Positions 48,029 through 61,048 of a stretch of 64,000 nucleotides of DNA are shown here, one piece after another; the stretch's first letter is position 1, and every line of letters begins with the position of its first letter. The position numbers were made by a program, and so were the translations under genes. The stretch comes from Setoptus koraiensis (lineage: Eukaryota > Animalia > Arthropoda), in NCBI GenBank assembly GCA_048013815.1, contig CM106585.1, forward strand, positions 21,452,001-21,516,000, written 5' to 3'. Below the pieces are notes generated by a model. The model ran no database searches. It was not told the DNA's origin and saw nothing but the letters and a program-made list of their open reading frames with translations.

Positions 48029-49577
48029 TGGCTCCTCTGGTGGCCAGCAACTCAACTAGCTAACGCAACTAACTGGCAAACGTGCGATAGCAAACAGTTT
48101 ATCATTATTATAAAACAGTTTATTATTATTATTATAAAACAGTTATTACTACCGACACCACATATCACGCGACATATAACGGGATACAGTTACACGAGTG
48201 GCGCAAGTTAACGGCGACAAGACACTGACTCTTGATTTACATTTACAGCTGTTTAAATGGCTCTAAACAGTAGTGAATTATTGGTGGTTATTACTAACAA
48301 CTTACCGCTGGGAAACGTGCATTCGAGAGAAGAGTGGTGGCATATGGTATCGGTAGTGGTAGTAGTAGGCGTAGATGGAATAGTGTTTAGCAACAATATT
48401 GAGGGTTTGCTTGTCGCCATATCGCGATTGTTTTTTTGAAAAGAAATGTTACTCTCTCTCTCTCTCTCTGGCTGCCAGTGCGGCTTAATTCAGATGCTGA
48501 ATCATTGCTGAATTCTTTTTTCGTTCTCCTCTCCAGGTCTCTTGAATGTAAAGAGATCTCTTCAAATTGAAGAGATCTCTTAAAAGCCAGACGCCAAATA
48601 GACAAGCCATGATTTAGTTTCGGAGCTGTTGTCAGCATTGTCACAATCAACACTTCTGGTGCTTGTGCGCCTGCTGGTGATAGATCTAGCTAGGCTTGTA
48701 TCGCATCTTGCAATCTCACACAATCAACTGATCGAATTTATCGCCAGTAAATATCTTTTACCACCATTTACTATGTTGAGCGTCTTGATAGTTTGGATAA
48801 CGATAATACCGATAATAATGGATTTGCTATTGTGATAACCATCTAACAACAACCGCTCATCTCATTGCGCTACACAAATTCACAAATCACCGACACACAA
48901 TTATTGCTAGCAACACCTAAGCCGTTTCAGTCGAGGAGTCGATCGGGTCCAGTTGTAGTTGTGTCGAGTAGATCACAAGTCGACGCCATGTTGAGCAGTC
49001 ATGTTTAACACTTGTTGAGTGGCTCTCAAATGCTGCATGATTCGCTCGTATCCTGTGACAAGTCGTATCGTTGTCATTGTTCGGAGGAAACAAGGTTCAC
49101 GAATGATTATCATATGACAATCTAATGCCTAATCTAATCTAAGCTAATGCCAGTGCCAGCTGACAAGCTTTTTCGTCTCCGTTTGGCTTTGTTTGCGCCA
49201 CGCGTTACATAATTGGGGTGTGAATAGTTTTGTAAGTGATACAAACAGTCGCTATAATGTTGCGATAATTCATTGAAAAACTTGACGCGAAATACGTTCG
49301 CTGGCAGCAAAACCAAACAGACCTGGTGGCTCCTCTGGTGGCCAGCAACTCAACTAGCCAACGCAACTAACTGGCAAACGTGCCATTGCAAACAGTTTAT
49401 TATTATTATAAAACAGTTATTACTGCCGACACCATATATCACACGAGACATAATGGGATACAGTTACACAAGTGGCTCAAGTTAACGGCGACAAGACACT
49501 GACTCTTGATTTACATTTACAGCTGTTAAATGGCTGTAAACAGTAGTGAGTTAATGGTGGTTATCACTAACAACTTA
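48029..49577. repeat. Direct repeat pair (48029-48304 and 49327-49577) enclosing a unique ~1 kb island
   Basis: Both repeats run TGGCTCCTCTGGTGGCCAGCAACTC...CTAACAACTTA; copy A has one such segment (about 25908-26195) and no island. Confidence 0.85.
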
Positions 49578-52500
49578 TTAGTGTAAGTATCATGTAAGTT
49601 AAGTTGTCTGGCCTCTGTGTCTTATGCCCGTCACGACGGGCCGGCTGAGGCCCGCGATGGGCCGATATCGCACAATATCGCACAATATCGCACAATATCG
49701 CACAATATCGCACAATATCGCACAATCTCGCACAATATCGCGCGATATCGCACAGTATTGCACATCGGAACATGCCGGAGTGTGGCATATGAGACTAACG
49801 GGCCATCCGATAATCGGACTAGTAGACAACAAGCACAGCATATTGTCGGCTGTCGTTGGCCCTTTTCGGTCTGACAAGTTGCACGATCCAGTTTCTAACG
49901 CGGTCTAGACTGGCGTTCGTGGATCGGTTGGGGCCGCTGTTCGAGCTACAAATTCCAGGACAATTCCTCGACATTACTGACATGGCCTATAAAACGCGCT
50001 CAGCTTATCGGATCGCCTAGCAACCATTATAGGCCGCGTTTATCGCTCGCCGTCAGGTAACAGCACGCAGCGGCACATAGCAGCGTGTAACAGCTTACGC
50101 GTAATGCAAGGCCGGCACACGGAATAATTGCGTAACGCGCATTCGATCCGTTTAAAGTGGCATTGCTGCACTGTTGGCCGCCCACAACACCGTTAACATC
50201 GAGTCCGGCATTAGCGCCAGTTGGCGGCCTCTCGGCCCTTTAGCAGCCACTGGCCTCATTCAGCCAAGCTCGGCCCCATTATAGGACATTATCATTGGCA
50301 CTTTTTGCTGTTGGTGGCGCCGTTTCGTCGCGCTCGCCAGCGCCCACGAGCTGGCCGGCTGCGGCTCGCAGATAAACCGGCAGAAAGGGGCCCCGCTTCG
50401 GCTGCCGTCGCAACTATAACGGCGCCAGCGACACTAAGCACGATACACGCATTGCATTGGCGCTGCTGGCACGCGCGACGGCGCCCCCGGTGCGCCCATC
50501 ACGCCCTCGACGATATGAGCACGGTTGTCTCGCTGTCACATAACTTGTCCTCGCCTCGTCACACGCCCCGTTTCCGCTTCAGCGCTCAGCGAGACGTTGG
50601 GCGCCCACAAGATGCAGCTAGCGCCGGTTGCCAGCCACCGCCGGTTTCGTTTTTGGGTTTTCGGTTTTGGACTTTGGGTTTTGGCTTTTGGGTTCGGGTT
50701 TTGGGGCTCCCCCCGTCTGCAGCTCACTGCTCGATGCCCTGAAATTACGGCACCCTGGGCACGCATACCTCGCCGAATGTGCTGCCGCTGTTCGGATATT
50801 GTGTTCGGGCAAGCTGTGCCGCGCGCGCCTCATTGAATCTTGGCTCAATGCGCTTTTGCCGTTCCCTCTCACTGTGTCACATATCTCCGTCGCTGTGACA
50901 CGGAATGTGCGGTTGACGGCATTCCGACGACATGCTCATGTCTTGCACAACAATTGTCAGACAATTGCCCGAATCGCTAGAATCCGCGCGGCTCCATGGG
51001 CCCCCGCACCGGTGTTCGGATCGCATGACGCCATCATTGCAGCAGCGAGCGCGCGCAGCCGAACGGGGCACAGCTTGAGTCGCTGGCAAGCTAGCTGTGC
51101 CGCACACATATTGCGGTTCGGTTATTGGCGAAAGTGGGGCCCGTGTGAGGAAAAATGCGCGAAGTGCGCAAAGCCCAATCATGTCTCTCAGTCGAGCGTG
51201 GCGGCGATTCCATGCGTCACGCAATTTTCCAATGGGCCCCAGTTTTGTCGCGGGCGCCAGCGCACACGGCACAGCGCGTAAATGATCGCTCTATGGCGGA
51301 GCATGACAGTTTGCCATTGTTTGCATCACATTGTTGATGTTTGTTGGTTTGGTGCCCGCCCGCTCACTAAATTGATTGTTGGCCTCGGCCAGCATCAGGC
51401 GGGCGTCGGTCGGGCACCGGTCTGGCGTGCGAGACTGGGCGGCGCGCCGGGCCGACAATTGAGTGCCCGCGCATCTCAAGCGAGTGGCAAGAGGGCAAAA
51501 GTTGAGAAAAGTCAGTCGGCGAGCCAGACCGGGTGAGGCCCGACGCGCAAAATCCCGGGGATTAGCCGGCCCGGCAACGTGCGTCTTGCACCATAGGACT
51601 TTTACTATAAGTCTTATGCTATAAGACTTTTAGTTATTTCTTGTAGTGCACGCCATTTCTTATGGTGTGCGTGTGTGTCGGCTCACAGCGGGCTACTGGC
51701 GACCGGCGGTGAGTCGGGGGCTTATAGCGTACGCACGTTTAGCGTCGCCCCCACCCGAGGCACGCGTTCCAGGCACTCTATTTATACAGATTTACGCAGA
51801 CGCGCAACAACAACAACAACAACTGGTTACATAAGGTCGTTACTCTATGGGCAGCGTCGCACAGTGTTGTTTTGGCGCACGACGCGCCATAATAACAATG
51901 CGCATCTTGAATTTTAATTAAGAAGCTGATGAGCCGGCCGCTATGTCGGCCAGTAATTGAGCGATTCATGGTGAACTATGGTTGCGGCGAGCGTTGGCGG
52001 CGCAGCCATAGTTTGCGAACACAAGCCTTGAGGCGAGCATCTCAGACGGTGCTGTCTGGCCCCCGCGACACCAACAACAGCGACAGCAACAACTATGTCT
52101 AAAGCGAGCCAGTTAGTCGGGTGATGCGGCCGCCCTCATGCGATCGACTGACACACCAACGTGGCTTGATCGATGATCAAGGTGAGCCAGTTGATCAGCC
52201 GAGGCCCACTTTTGGCCTGCCAACTCACTGTCACTAGTCAATTGTGACTTTTGGCGCCCCATTTGTCGATTTGCATTTTTGGCAACTCGCTCACTTTTGG
52301 CAGCTCACTCAGTGATTCTCAAACTGCGACACTCCGACTGTGACTCTCCGACTGCAACTCTCAGACTCTCGAACGGTGCCTTGGGGCGCCCCAGAGTTTC
52401 AGTGAGAGAGTTACAGTGAGAGAGTTGCAGTTAGAGAGTCGCAGAGGCACAGTGGCAAACAAGGGGCCCCATATTTGTGTCGCCGCTCAGCCGCAGCCAC

Positions 52501-55500
52501 TGTGCATCCGGCGCACATGGCACACGGGCTCAACCGCCTGCGCCGGCTCCACTGGCTCCGCGGGAGGATATTGTGTGCGAACGGCACATATCGGCACATA
52601 TTGGGGCATGGGGGAAAGAGCCGAGCTTGACGGACCAGCGCTGGGCTCGGTTCGGCGCAACCAAGTTGCACGTTCCGGCGAAGCCGCCACCGTTCCGAAG
52701 TCGTCCCAATGCAACCAACGCGCGTATAATGTGCGTGTAACGAAGAGTAATTGAATTGTCGACAGGGGGCCGGCGGCGGAGGGCGCCGGCTCGTTGCTTG
52801 GCGCTGGCGATTGATGGCGGCGAGCAGCCAAAAAGTAGCTCAAAAATTAGTTGTGAGCTGGGGCCGCTACGCGGCCACAGTCGGCTGGTACCTGGGCAGC
52901 TACGAGCCACGACTACAACCACCAGTAGAGGGCCAAAAGCCAAGCCAGCCGCTGGCTGCCAGCGTGAACCAGCGAGTGGCGACCACTGTGACAGCGACAC
53001 ACTGGCCGCTGGTCAGCCCGGCTTGACCGGCCGGCCCGTTGCCAGCGCAGCAATTGGCAAACAATTGGCACAACACTTCCGTCGTTGTGCGCGTGTGTGT
53101 GTAAGCTCGATCAGGGTCCCGCCAGGGGCCCCACGCGACACACATGATGCGTGTCCCCCCGCATTATGTCATACGTGTGCGCCGTGCATGATGTAACGCG
53201 TTGTTGGCGACTGGATGATGGCAAAATGATGATGTATGTTCATGATGATTAGTTGTGCGTATGATATCGTTTGGCCCGTTTCCTGTGCCCCCGCTCGCGA
53301 TTTTGCTCGCGCTATGCCCGCGATGTGCGCGTTCGCCGCGAACGCGCACCATTGATACGTGATATATGTTTGGGGGGCCCACTCCGCGACTCTCAGACCC
53401 GGTAGCGGCAAAAAATGAGCTTGCACCAGCTTGCCTCGCCCACTGTCAGCCGTTTCAGCGCAGCCAGAAATATGCAAGCAGCACAGATGCGCATCGGCAC
53501 AAGGGCCCGGGACCAGGTTGGGCCCTAGCTGGGGCCCCAACTTGCGCAACTCGAGCCAGCGACGGCGCGTTCCTCCTGTGTGGCGATTCGGTGCCAGTGC
53601 GACGCGCTCGCGTCCGTCGATTCAGCTCGATTTGATTTGATTCCATGCGATCCGATTATTAGTGTGAGGCTCGGTTTGTTTGGCGCACGTTGCCAGCGAT
53701 CGTATCCGATTGGCCGGGCCGGAGCGACACACACGCCAAGTGGACGTGAATACATTTCGCTCGTCATTCGCGGCGTCATTCGTGTGACAAGTGGCCGCGA
53801 GCAAGTTGCTGCCGGTTAGCGGCGGTTGCCGGCCACCGTATCAGTGCGGCCGCCGGTGTCTGCCACTAGCGATGGCAAGTGCACAGCGCGCATCCGATCG
53901 CCGTGTCGGGGCCCCCGGGACGCGCCGGCCGGGCAACCGTGTAACTGGCGGTGCAAGGCGCGGTGCGACGCGCGGCAAAACGGAGCGCGTGTGTGTGCAT
54001 AAATATGATTGATTTGCGTGATTTTGACTTTTGTCCTCGGTCGGCTACTGCTGTACGCGTTGCAGCGCCTTGTACGTGGCGCGATGCACGTACAACTGCA
54101 GTCGCCGCGGTGCACTATATACGCCTCGCGTACAGTTATTGCGACCTGCGGGCCGGCTCCCCCGACTGGCCACCGGCCCACCGAGCCGACAGTGGGCGCG
54201 CTTGTGCCCACTGTCGGCTCGGTCGCGGCTTGCGCGGCCCGCGTTGTGGGCGCGCACAGCGCACAATCAACGAGCCGTGATCGCGAGCAATAGATTACGG
54301 CGACAAGGTTAATTGTTGTTTGTTGCAGCGCAAACCCGAAACCAGAACGCGCACACAGACCCAAAACCATATCGCACACACACAAGGCGTATCGCACGTT
54401 CAGTTGCACGAGTCACAGCGACACTGCACGAGCGAAATTGATACATCACTTGCACTACGTAACTGTGCCAGTTGCGTAAGTGCACAATTACAATTTTACA
54501 CACTCCACTGAATCCTTGTTTGCAATCTCTGGCCGCCAGCATTTATGAAGGCGCGCGCACCCAGAGATTGCATAATGATTGCATAAGATTGCCGTGTGAC
54601 AGCGTGCACAGTATGTGTGACATTCAATTGGGCACAAACAGACACACTGACTGACCAATGTGAGAACCGGCCAAGCAAACAAACCATCGGCCAGCATTAG
54701 TATGCATACCGACTGGCGCAACTGACAAATGCTACTACAAATGCTGGCAACGCCAATGGCAAACAGCGGCCACGATGACGCAATACGTTGCTGCTGCTGT
54801 CACAGTTACAGTTATTTTATACGTAACTGTAACTGTGCTGGTTTGTGTATTGCTGCAATCAGCTGATCGGGCCGACTCGACGGTTTGCCTTTGTTAGTGC
54901 ACAAAACTGTCTGGCTGCATCAAAACTGGCTGTCATGTGCTAGACTGACACTTGCGATCAGCTTGCCATCAGCTGATCGTGTGCCGATGTGACAAGTGGC
55001 TGTCACATGAGCACACATCAGCTGTGCATCGGCAGCCACTGGCCAGTTGACACTGACAGTGCACTTATTATTGCCAAAGACACTTGGTCAGTGATAATTG
55101 TTGTTGCTGTTGCTTGTGCCAGCCAGCTAGCCAATCATTTGTTGCTCCAATGAATGCAGCAACAGCGTCATTGCGTCATCATTGCAAACATCAGCTAACG
55201 GTACATTGTGCGTTGTTTGTTTATACTGTAGCCAGTACACACTGCATACAGAGGCCGCTCTATATAGGTGGCGTGAGGGTGCGTATACGTGCATGTAGAT
55301 GTGAGTACGTGTGCCCGGCTACAAAGTGTCTGTTATGCAACAGTGGCTTTCCAGTTCTGAAAACGACTTAGTGCCCGTTATAGGTTCGCAGCAACTGCCA
55401 CCTAACAGCGACAGCGATGCCCACGGCAACACCAGCCAGCCAACCAACTGACTAACAACTGACTAAGATAGCTTGCCAGCGAACAGTGAGTGATTCTTTG

Positions 55501-56112
55501 GAACAGGCCGGCAACCGATTCAACGAATCGCTGCCTGGCCAATTGTCGTCAGGCTGCTGCCAGTGGCAATTCTTTAATTGTTTAACGTTTGACTCGAACG
55601 GTTTGAGCGATTCGAGCGATTCGCTGGCGACGACAACATTTGATGTGCTCTCGCGTTTTGTCGCCATGTTGTCGACATGTCATTGCAACCCCTTGCCGCC
55701 TATTCCAGCGCCAGCGACGCCGCTCACCGGCATTAGGTCCGACTGGCATTTTTAGCGAACTGGCACGTCAACAACAAGCGGACCGCCGCGCCAGCGGACG
55801 ATACACTGCCAATTGCGGATCGCGTTGTCGATTTGCCGGCCCGTTGTGAGCCGTGAGCCAACAACTGGCGCTTTTGCACTTGAAACACCTCGCGCCATCT
55901 AGCTAGACGCCGTCAGCTAGATAAATGGCTGGGCGATATATGGACGCAATAAGATGAGGCGCGACCAAGGTTTCGCCATTCATTGTTTGCCTCAGTTTGC
56001 TGGAGCCCCTCGCTATCTTTATATATATACCGGTACACTGGCCGACACCAAGCTATACCTACAGCTGAAAACTATACACCCAAAGCAAACAACTTTGAGC
56101 GGATCCGACTGT

Positions 56113-56491
56113 TTGGGCCGAAGCGACACACGGGCCAAGTGGACGTGAATAGTATTCACTGAATACATTTCGCTCGTCATTCGCGACGGCTTGAGCCCCG
56201 TGTGAGAAGTGGCTGCGAGTCGAAAACAATTTAGCATTTGCTGCCGTTTGCTGGCAGTCACTAGACGCCACCGTATGAGTGCGGCTGCCAGCGGTGGCAA
56301 GTGCAAGACGCGCACCCGATTGCCGTGTCGGGTCCCCCGTGACGCGCTGGCCGGGTAACCGTATAACTGGCGGTGCGACGCGCTGTACAGCGGAGCCCGT
56401 GTGTGTGCATAAATATGATTGATTTGCGTGATTTTGACTTTTGTCCTCGGCCGGCCACTGTTGTACGTGTTGCAGCACGTTGTACGTGGCG
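56113..56491 (+). repeat. Third, more diverged copy of an internal ~380 bp sub-segment of the 12 kb unit (cf. 31271-31637, 53715-54081)
   Basis: Shared GCCAAGTGGACGTGAAT...TGCATAAATATGATTGATTTGCGTGATTTTGACTTTTGTCCTCGG block. Confidence 0.85.
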
Positions 56492-56604
56492 TTGTACTAA
56501 ATTTAATATTGAACAAACGTCGTGATCAATTAGTTTCAATGAGCTGATGTGTGATTGTCTGTTAGATGTTTGCCATCGAATAAGAATGGGAATACGGAAC
56601 TCAC

Positions 56605-57100
56605 CTTGTCGAGGCAGGCGAAAGTTTGCTGAAATCTTTTGGCTGACTCACCATCCATACTGGCACACAATTTCTTAGAGTGCCGTTGGCGTCCATTCTG
56701 AAACGATTGTAAAGTCCTTCTAGCCATGTTACTGAGACATTTTCCTTGCACCTTGAGACATTTCAAACCATCTCTTATACGATCGCATGATCTTCTAAAC
56801 TCTTGATCGTTTTTAGGAAGGGAATTGAGAGATGTTGTAAAGGAATAGGTGGCCAAAGAAGAGCACCTATCTATTACTTCGACATGATTCGTACAATTCG
56901 TACCATTTTTCAGTTTTGCTTGACGAGGCGCTCCGGTGACCAACACTAAACCAGGGCGATCAAAGTGATAAGATACAATTTGTAGGATCTTTAGTAAAAT
57001 TGCATTCATCCAGAGGATCGCGACGCTATTCTCCGCGTTGATAGTGATGAAAACTTACCTGTGGGATGCAAAAACACAACAAAAGTTCCAACTATGAACT
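56605..57100 (-). CDS. Secreted Cys-rich protein, partial; main exon 56605..56945 plus a signal-peptide exon ending at 57059
   Basis: Exon 56945-56605 (acceptor TTTAG, donor AAG|GTGAGT) encodes LVTGAPRQAK...NCTNHVEVIDRC...SCDRIRDGLKCL...KCL...KKLC...FACLDK. The upstream donor CAG|GTAAGT supplies YEFIVGTFVVFLHPT-V. Start codon and downstream exons not resolved; left boundary of the upstream exon is approximate. Confidence 0.7.
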
Positions 57101-58443
57101 CATACTTGACTTTTCCACTGGACCCATTACTACGGCCTAATCTGAAGATTGCTAGCTGGATTGCTACTGATTTGGTCTAATTTTCATTAAATTCTTTTCT
57201 CCAATGTGCTCAAATGAAAAGAGGCGGCGCATCGGCGATGGGTGATTGTGATTCGATGAGGTGAGACTCCTGGGTCTCACAATAGATCCAACCACAGCAA
57301 GAATAATGCCAGTCTAATTGCCAGGCTAGGAGAGTCGTGAAAAGAACAGGCAACAATTTTTGTAGAAAAACACGTTTTGCAAGTATCTGATCAATGGATC
57401 ACATCAAGTGGACGTCTAGAGAAGAAAAATTGTATGAACGCGAATGATTTATCTTTACGTGGCTTTGACTTGTCTATGTATCTTTAGGAGTCAGCTAGAA
57501 GAAAAAAATCACTAAATTGTCTAATTTCTTTAAAGTCTGTACCATTCGGATTTAGTAAACCGAAGCGAAAAATTTCAACTGCAGACTAACTTGCCAAGCA
57601 TGTCATAAAGTTGAAACACGTGCAAAGAACTCGGCAACAAATCAAACAGTGTTCAAATATTCATCACTTTTATTGGATGTACCGGAAAAGGATTTGAGTA
57701 GTCAACAGTTAAGAGAAGTTTCAATTATACAAATTCCTCAATGAAAATCAAGAATATAAATCAATGTCGACCGGCATCTTTTAAAAGCATTTTATTGACT
57801 TGATAGTACATGAAGCCTGTTATCGACTTTTATCTCATCTATCTACTATATTAATAGTGACATGTTAACAAACGGAAGTTCGTGTGTCTCTAAGCTACAG
57901 GTTTTCACCATCGCGCTCGCCGGCATGGCGACGAGGTCATAGTGTTTCGTAGGTAGAATGTATTTTGAGAGGCCACCATTACTTCTGTTCTATACTGAGA
58001 CAAAGGAATTTTGGAGAGAATCATACACGTAATCACATGATGGATTAGCAATTATAGTTTTATTTCTATCACTAAAGTTAATCAAAAAGTAAGTCATTAA
58101 AATAACGCCAATCAGTATCAGGTTATTAGGAAGCATTAAGTCTCCGGCCAGCTTAATAATTGGCGATATAGACTCAAAACAGATGAGTGAGTCTGTCTTC
58201 AATGGGATTGCCTAGAGATCACTTAAGGAGTTAACACTCTTGGAGTAATTAGAATCTTGTTGCTAAACAATTAATCTATATCGATTATGGGTCTCTTAAA
58301 GTTGAATTGCCAGTCGCCCTTTCGGTTCGTCGAAATTTTTCCTCTATCTGTTTCAATTATTGAACCAATATGTCGACTAAAACACATGGAATGGTCATGA
58401 AGTCCGTTGCGATGATGATGAGCATATTAAATATAAGTCTATA

Positions 58444-59931
58444 TTAAGTGTTATTAGTAGTTTTAATATTGACACTGAGGATTGTAGAGTATGAGCAAAA
58501 AACAAGTATAGCAACACCTATAATTAGGAGCGCCTTGGCTAGCAATCTCTCCGTGAATGCGTGCAATTTTTCTCCAATTTCTCCAATTTTGATAAAAGTG
58601 AGAGCCGGTAATATAAAACAAACGGTGGTCCCAGCGGTGGATCCAATAGTGCCTAATATAAATTCTATATGCGGTAGTATCACAGATAAGCTTATAGTTA
58701 TAATAATCAATATTACTGTTAACAACCTAAATTGAAAATCTGATATATACAATCTAGCTGGACCTGTGGTGGAGCCCAATGGGCTAGATTGGGGGCTATC
58801 ATCAGCTCCGATGGATGTGTCTGTAGATGTGGCCAGATGATAATTGGCAGTTTTAGAGTGGCTTGAGCCATTTGATGATCCCCGATGAGATTGATTGGTG
58901 TTGGCGTTGTTGTTGTTGCTATTGTTAGCAATAGTGCAACTATCACCAATATTATTCATGCCGACCAGAGTCATGGCCGATGGAGAGGTCGGTAAATGAT
59001 GGAAATGGGTGGATTTTTTAAAGTTTCCTATTATTAGTGAATGGACAGGTGTTCTGCATGGAAATAGGCATAATGGAAAACTCATTAACAGGGTAACAAT
59101 AAATCCTATCTTAGTTAGTGTCGTTGTTAATGATGGTGCAAACGCTAGCAAGATGTTACCACTTAATATTTGATCATTGAAGGCCATATAACCCAATAGT
59201 CCTACGGTTACATAAACAAATGAACAAATGTAAACAGCTTGTCGAACAATGGCGTTGTTCTTTTTAATGGCAAAATTGTCGCATGTTATGCTGGAACTAT
59301 CAAATATTTCAAATAGTGATGTCTGGCACGACATGGCCATACTAAATATGGGAAATGTGGTCAATAGACCTGATGTGTTCCAGTAGGTTATTTTATCGAA
59401 ATATTTTATGTTCACTGTACCAGATAACTTGTCTGTTGTCTCAAACATCAATTTTAATATAAGGCACGAATATAATATAAGTGACAACAATGAGAATGAT
59501 GTCAAACTATCTACACTCCTTAATAGTCCCAATGGTAATGCAACAAATGCACTTAAAACAATCATTGATATTATTTTAAGCTGTGGATTGTATTTAATAT
59601 CAAATAATTCACAAATGATCTTGGGCGCTAAATCTCCTATCATAATAAAATAGGCAACACATGTACCCAATAGAAAGCCAATGAGGCCGAGTTCGACGAG
59701 CACTCGGCCAAAATGGCCCAAAACATCGTGGACAATAAGTTCAAAGCTTCGTCTTCTTGATATAAATGCCGATTTGAGTAAAAAGCTGCATGATAGTCTA
59801 GTGAGAAATCCGCTTATTATGATTAATAAAATGGACAACAATACGCCACTTTTTTCAAAGCAATAAGGCATGGCTAATATGGACACACCGATGATGCTGT
59901 TGCCTAAATTAACGGTCTTACTGAAAGACAT
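58444..59931 (-). CDS. SLC38A10: Sodium-coupled neutral amino acid transporter, SLC38A10-like, intronless, 495 aa
   Basis: NLGNSIIGVSILAMPYCF, LIGFLLGTCVAYFIMIGDL, FPIFSMAMSCQTSLF, SFPLCLFPCR, CFILPA; about 11 hydrophobic segments. Confidence 0.9.
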   Translation of the reverse strand: MSFSKTVNLGNSIIGVSILAMPYCFEKSGVLLSILLIIISGFLTRLSCSFLLKSAFISRRRSFELIVHDVLGHFGRVLVELGLIGFLLGTCVAYFIMIGDLAPKIICELFDIKYNPQLKIISMIVLSAFVALPLGLLRSVDSLTSFSLLSLILYSCLILKLMFETTDKLSGTVNIKYFDKITYWNTSGLLTTFPIFSMAMSCQTSLFEIFDSSSITCDNFAIKKNNAIVRQAVYICSFVYVTVGLLGYMAFNDQILSGNILLAFAPSLTTTLTKIGFIVTLLMSFPLCLFPCRTPVHSLIIGNFKKSTHFHHLPTSPSAMTLVGMNNIGDSCTIANNSNNNNANTNQSHRGSSNGSSHSKTANYHLATSTDTSIGADDSPQSSPLGSTTGPARLYISDFQFRLLTVILIIITISLSVILPHIEFILGTIGSTAGTTVCFILPALTFIKIGEIGEKLHAFTERLLAKALLIIGVAILVFCSYSTILSVNIKTTNNT

Positions 59932-60157
59932 GATGACGATATTTACGATCCTATTTCAGTAATGTAATTTAGTACAATAGTAATAATAATAATGAGGATA
60001 ATAATAATAATGGTGGTGATAATCAAAGTGTTGAGCAACATCGATAAATTAATCCATTTACTTCTACTACTATTTACATGAACACGACTATACATGGAAA
60101 TTAATAATAATAATGATATCTCAGAGATAGGGGTAGCAATAGCAGTAGAACGAGTGT

Positions 60158-60910
60158 CTAAAGCCAGCGCGGATCGCCAAATCTATCCTTTACCTTTTTG
60201 GCTTCTTTTAGCATCTCTCTTGACCTCTTCGAATCGAAGCGTGGAATTTTCAAATCTTCCTCGGGATTAAATTCCTTTCTCTCGGGTCTATGATGACTTC
60301 GACTTGATTCATTATTATGGGAAGAAGACGAAGATTTATTGTTATTGTGATGGTTATCATTACTACTGCTGCCCGAAGCGGCCCTCTTCGATGACATCCT
60401 CTTCTCGTGCCTCATTCGCTGATGGATTTCCATCAAACTGGGACCTCTATCCTCTATAAAATGGTGTTCTTTCTCCTCGATGGGTCTCGTTTCTATCACA
60501 GGTTTCTTCTCATTCCTTTTGCCACCCTCTCTTTTTAACTTTCTTTGAAGATCTCTCTCCGAAACATGCTCAAGACTGAGCTCCAGGCGTTCATTCATTC
60601 CGGCCATCCAGTCGTGACGAGCATCCTTGACTAATGAATTTTTATCATTTGATTCATTGTCTTCTTGATGTGGCCCTTCCTCATGGTCGTCCTGACAATA
60701 TTGTGGAAAATCCTCAGGCATAGTGGGGCCTATAACTCGTTTTGCTGATGCGCTGGCAGTCTCTCTTGATTCATCATTATTGTGTTTTTTGGAGCCTGAT
60801 GATGATCTATCTTTTCCAGATCCTCGTGACTCCACAATTTTGGCTGGAGTTTGGTTTGTCTGGGGCGGCAATGCCGGGCCGTAGTATTCTTCGTCGCTCG
60901 AGTCGGACAT
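60158..60910 (-). CDS. GPALPP1: GPALPP motifs-containing protein 1-like, intronless, about 250 aa
   Basis: YYGPALPP, VIGPTMP, RHDWM, GPSLMEIHQ, RKEFNPEEDL...RFD...RF (DUF3752-like C-terminus); first ATG at 60910. Confidence 0.8.
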   Translation of the reverse strand: MSDSSDEEYYGPALPPQTNQTPAKIVESRGSGKDRSSSGSKKHNNDESRETASASAKRVIGPTMPEDFPQYCQDDHEEGPHQEDNESNDKNSLVKDARHDWMAGMNERLELSLEHVSERDLQRKLKREGGKRNEKKPVIETRPIEEKEHHFIEDRGPSLMEIHQRMRHEKRMSSKRAASGSSSNDNHHNNNKSSSSSHNNESSRSHHRPERKEFNPEEDLKIPRFDSKRSREMLKEAKKVKDRFGDPRWL

Positions 60911-61048
60911 GATGTTGAGCACTCAGGTATTGTTATTGAATTCCTAGAATCGCTTGTTGGTTTGATGATTTGTAAATCAAAGGGGGTGTTGAATTTTTGG
61001 GCTAGAATTTCAAACTGCTGTTAGAGTTGTGATTCTTTTTTTGTCCGA

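Larger units (their letters stand above)
44065..56101 (+). repeat. ~12 kb GC-rich segmental repeat, copy B (directly 5' of Lmx1)
   Basis: Collinear with copy A/A'; carries copy-specific inserts (about 46452-46775 and 48305-49326). Confidence 0.9.

Noticed and set aside
57560-57745. CRLTCQACHKV...LLLDVP resembling a USP zinc-ribbon segment
   Set aside because: About 60 aa, no start or usable acceptor, and no other USP boxes nearby.
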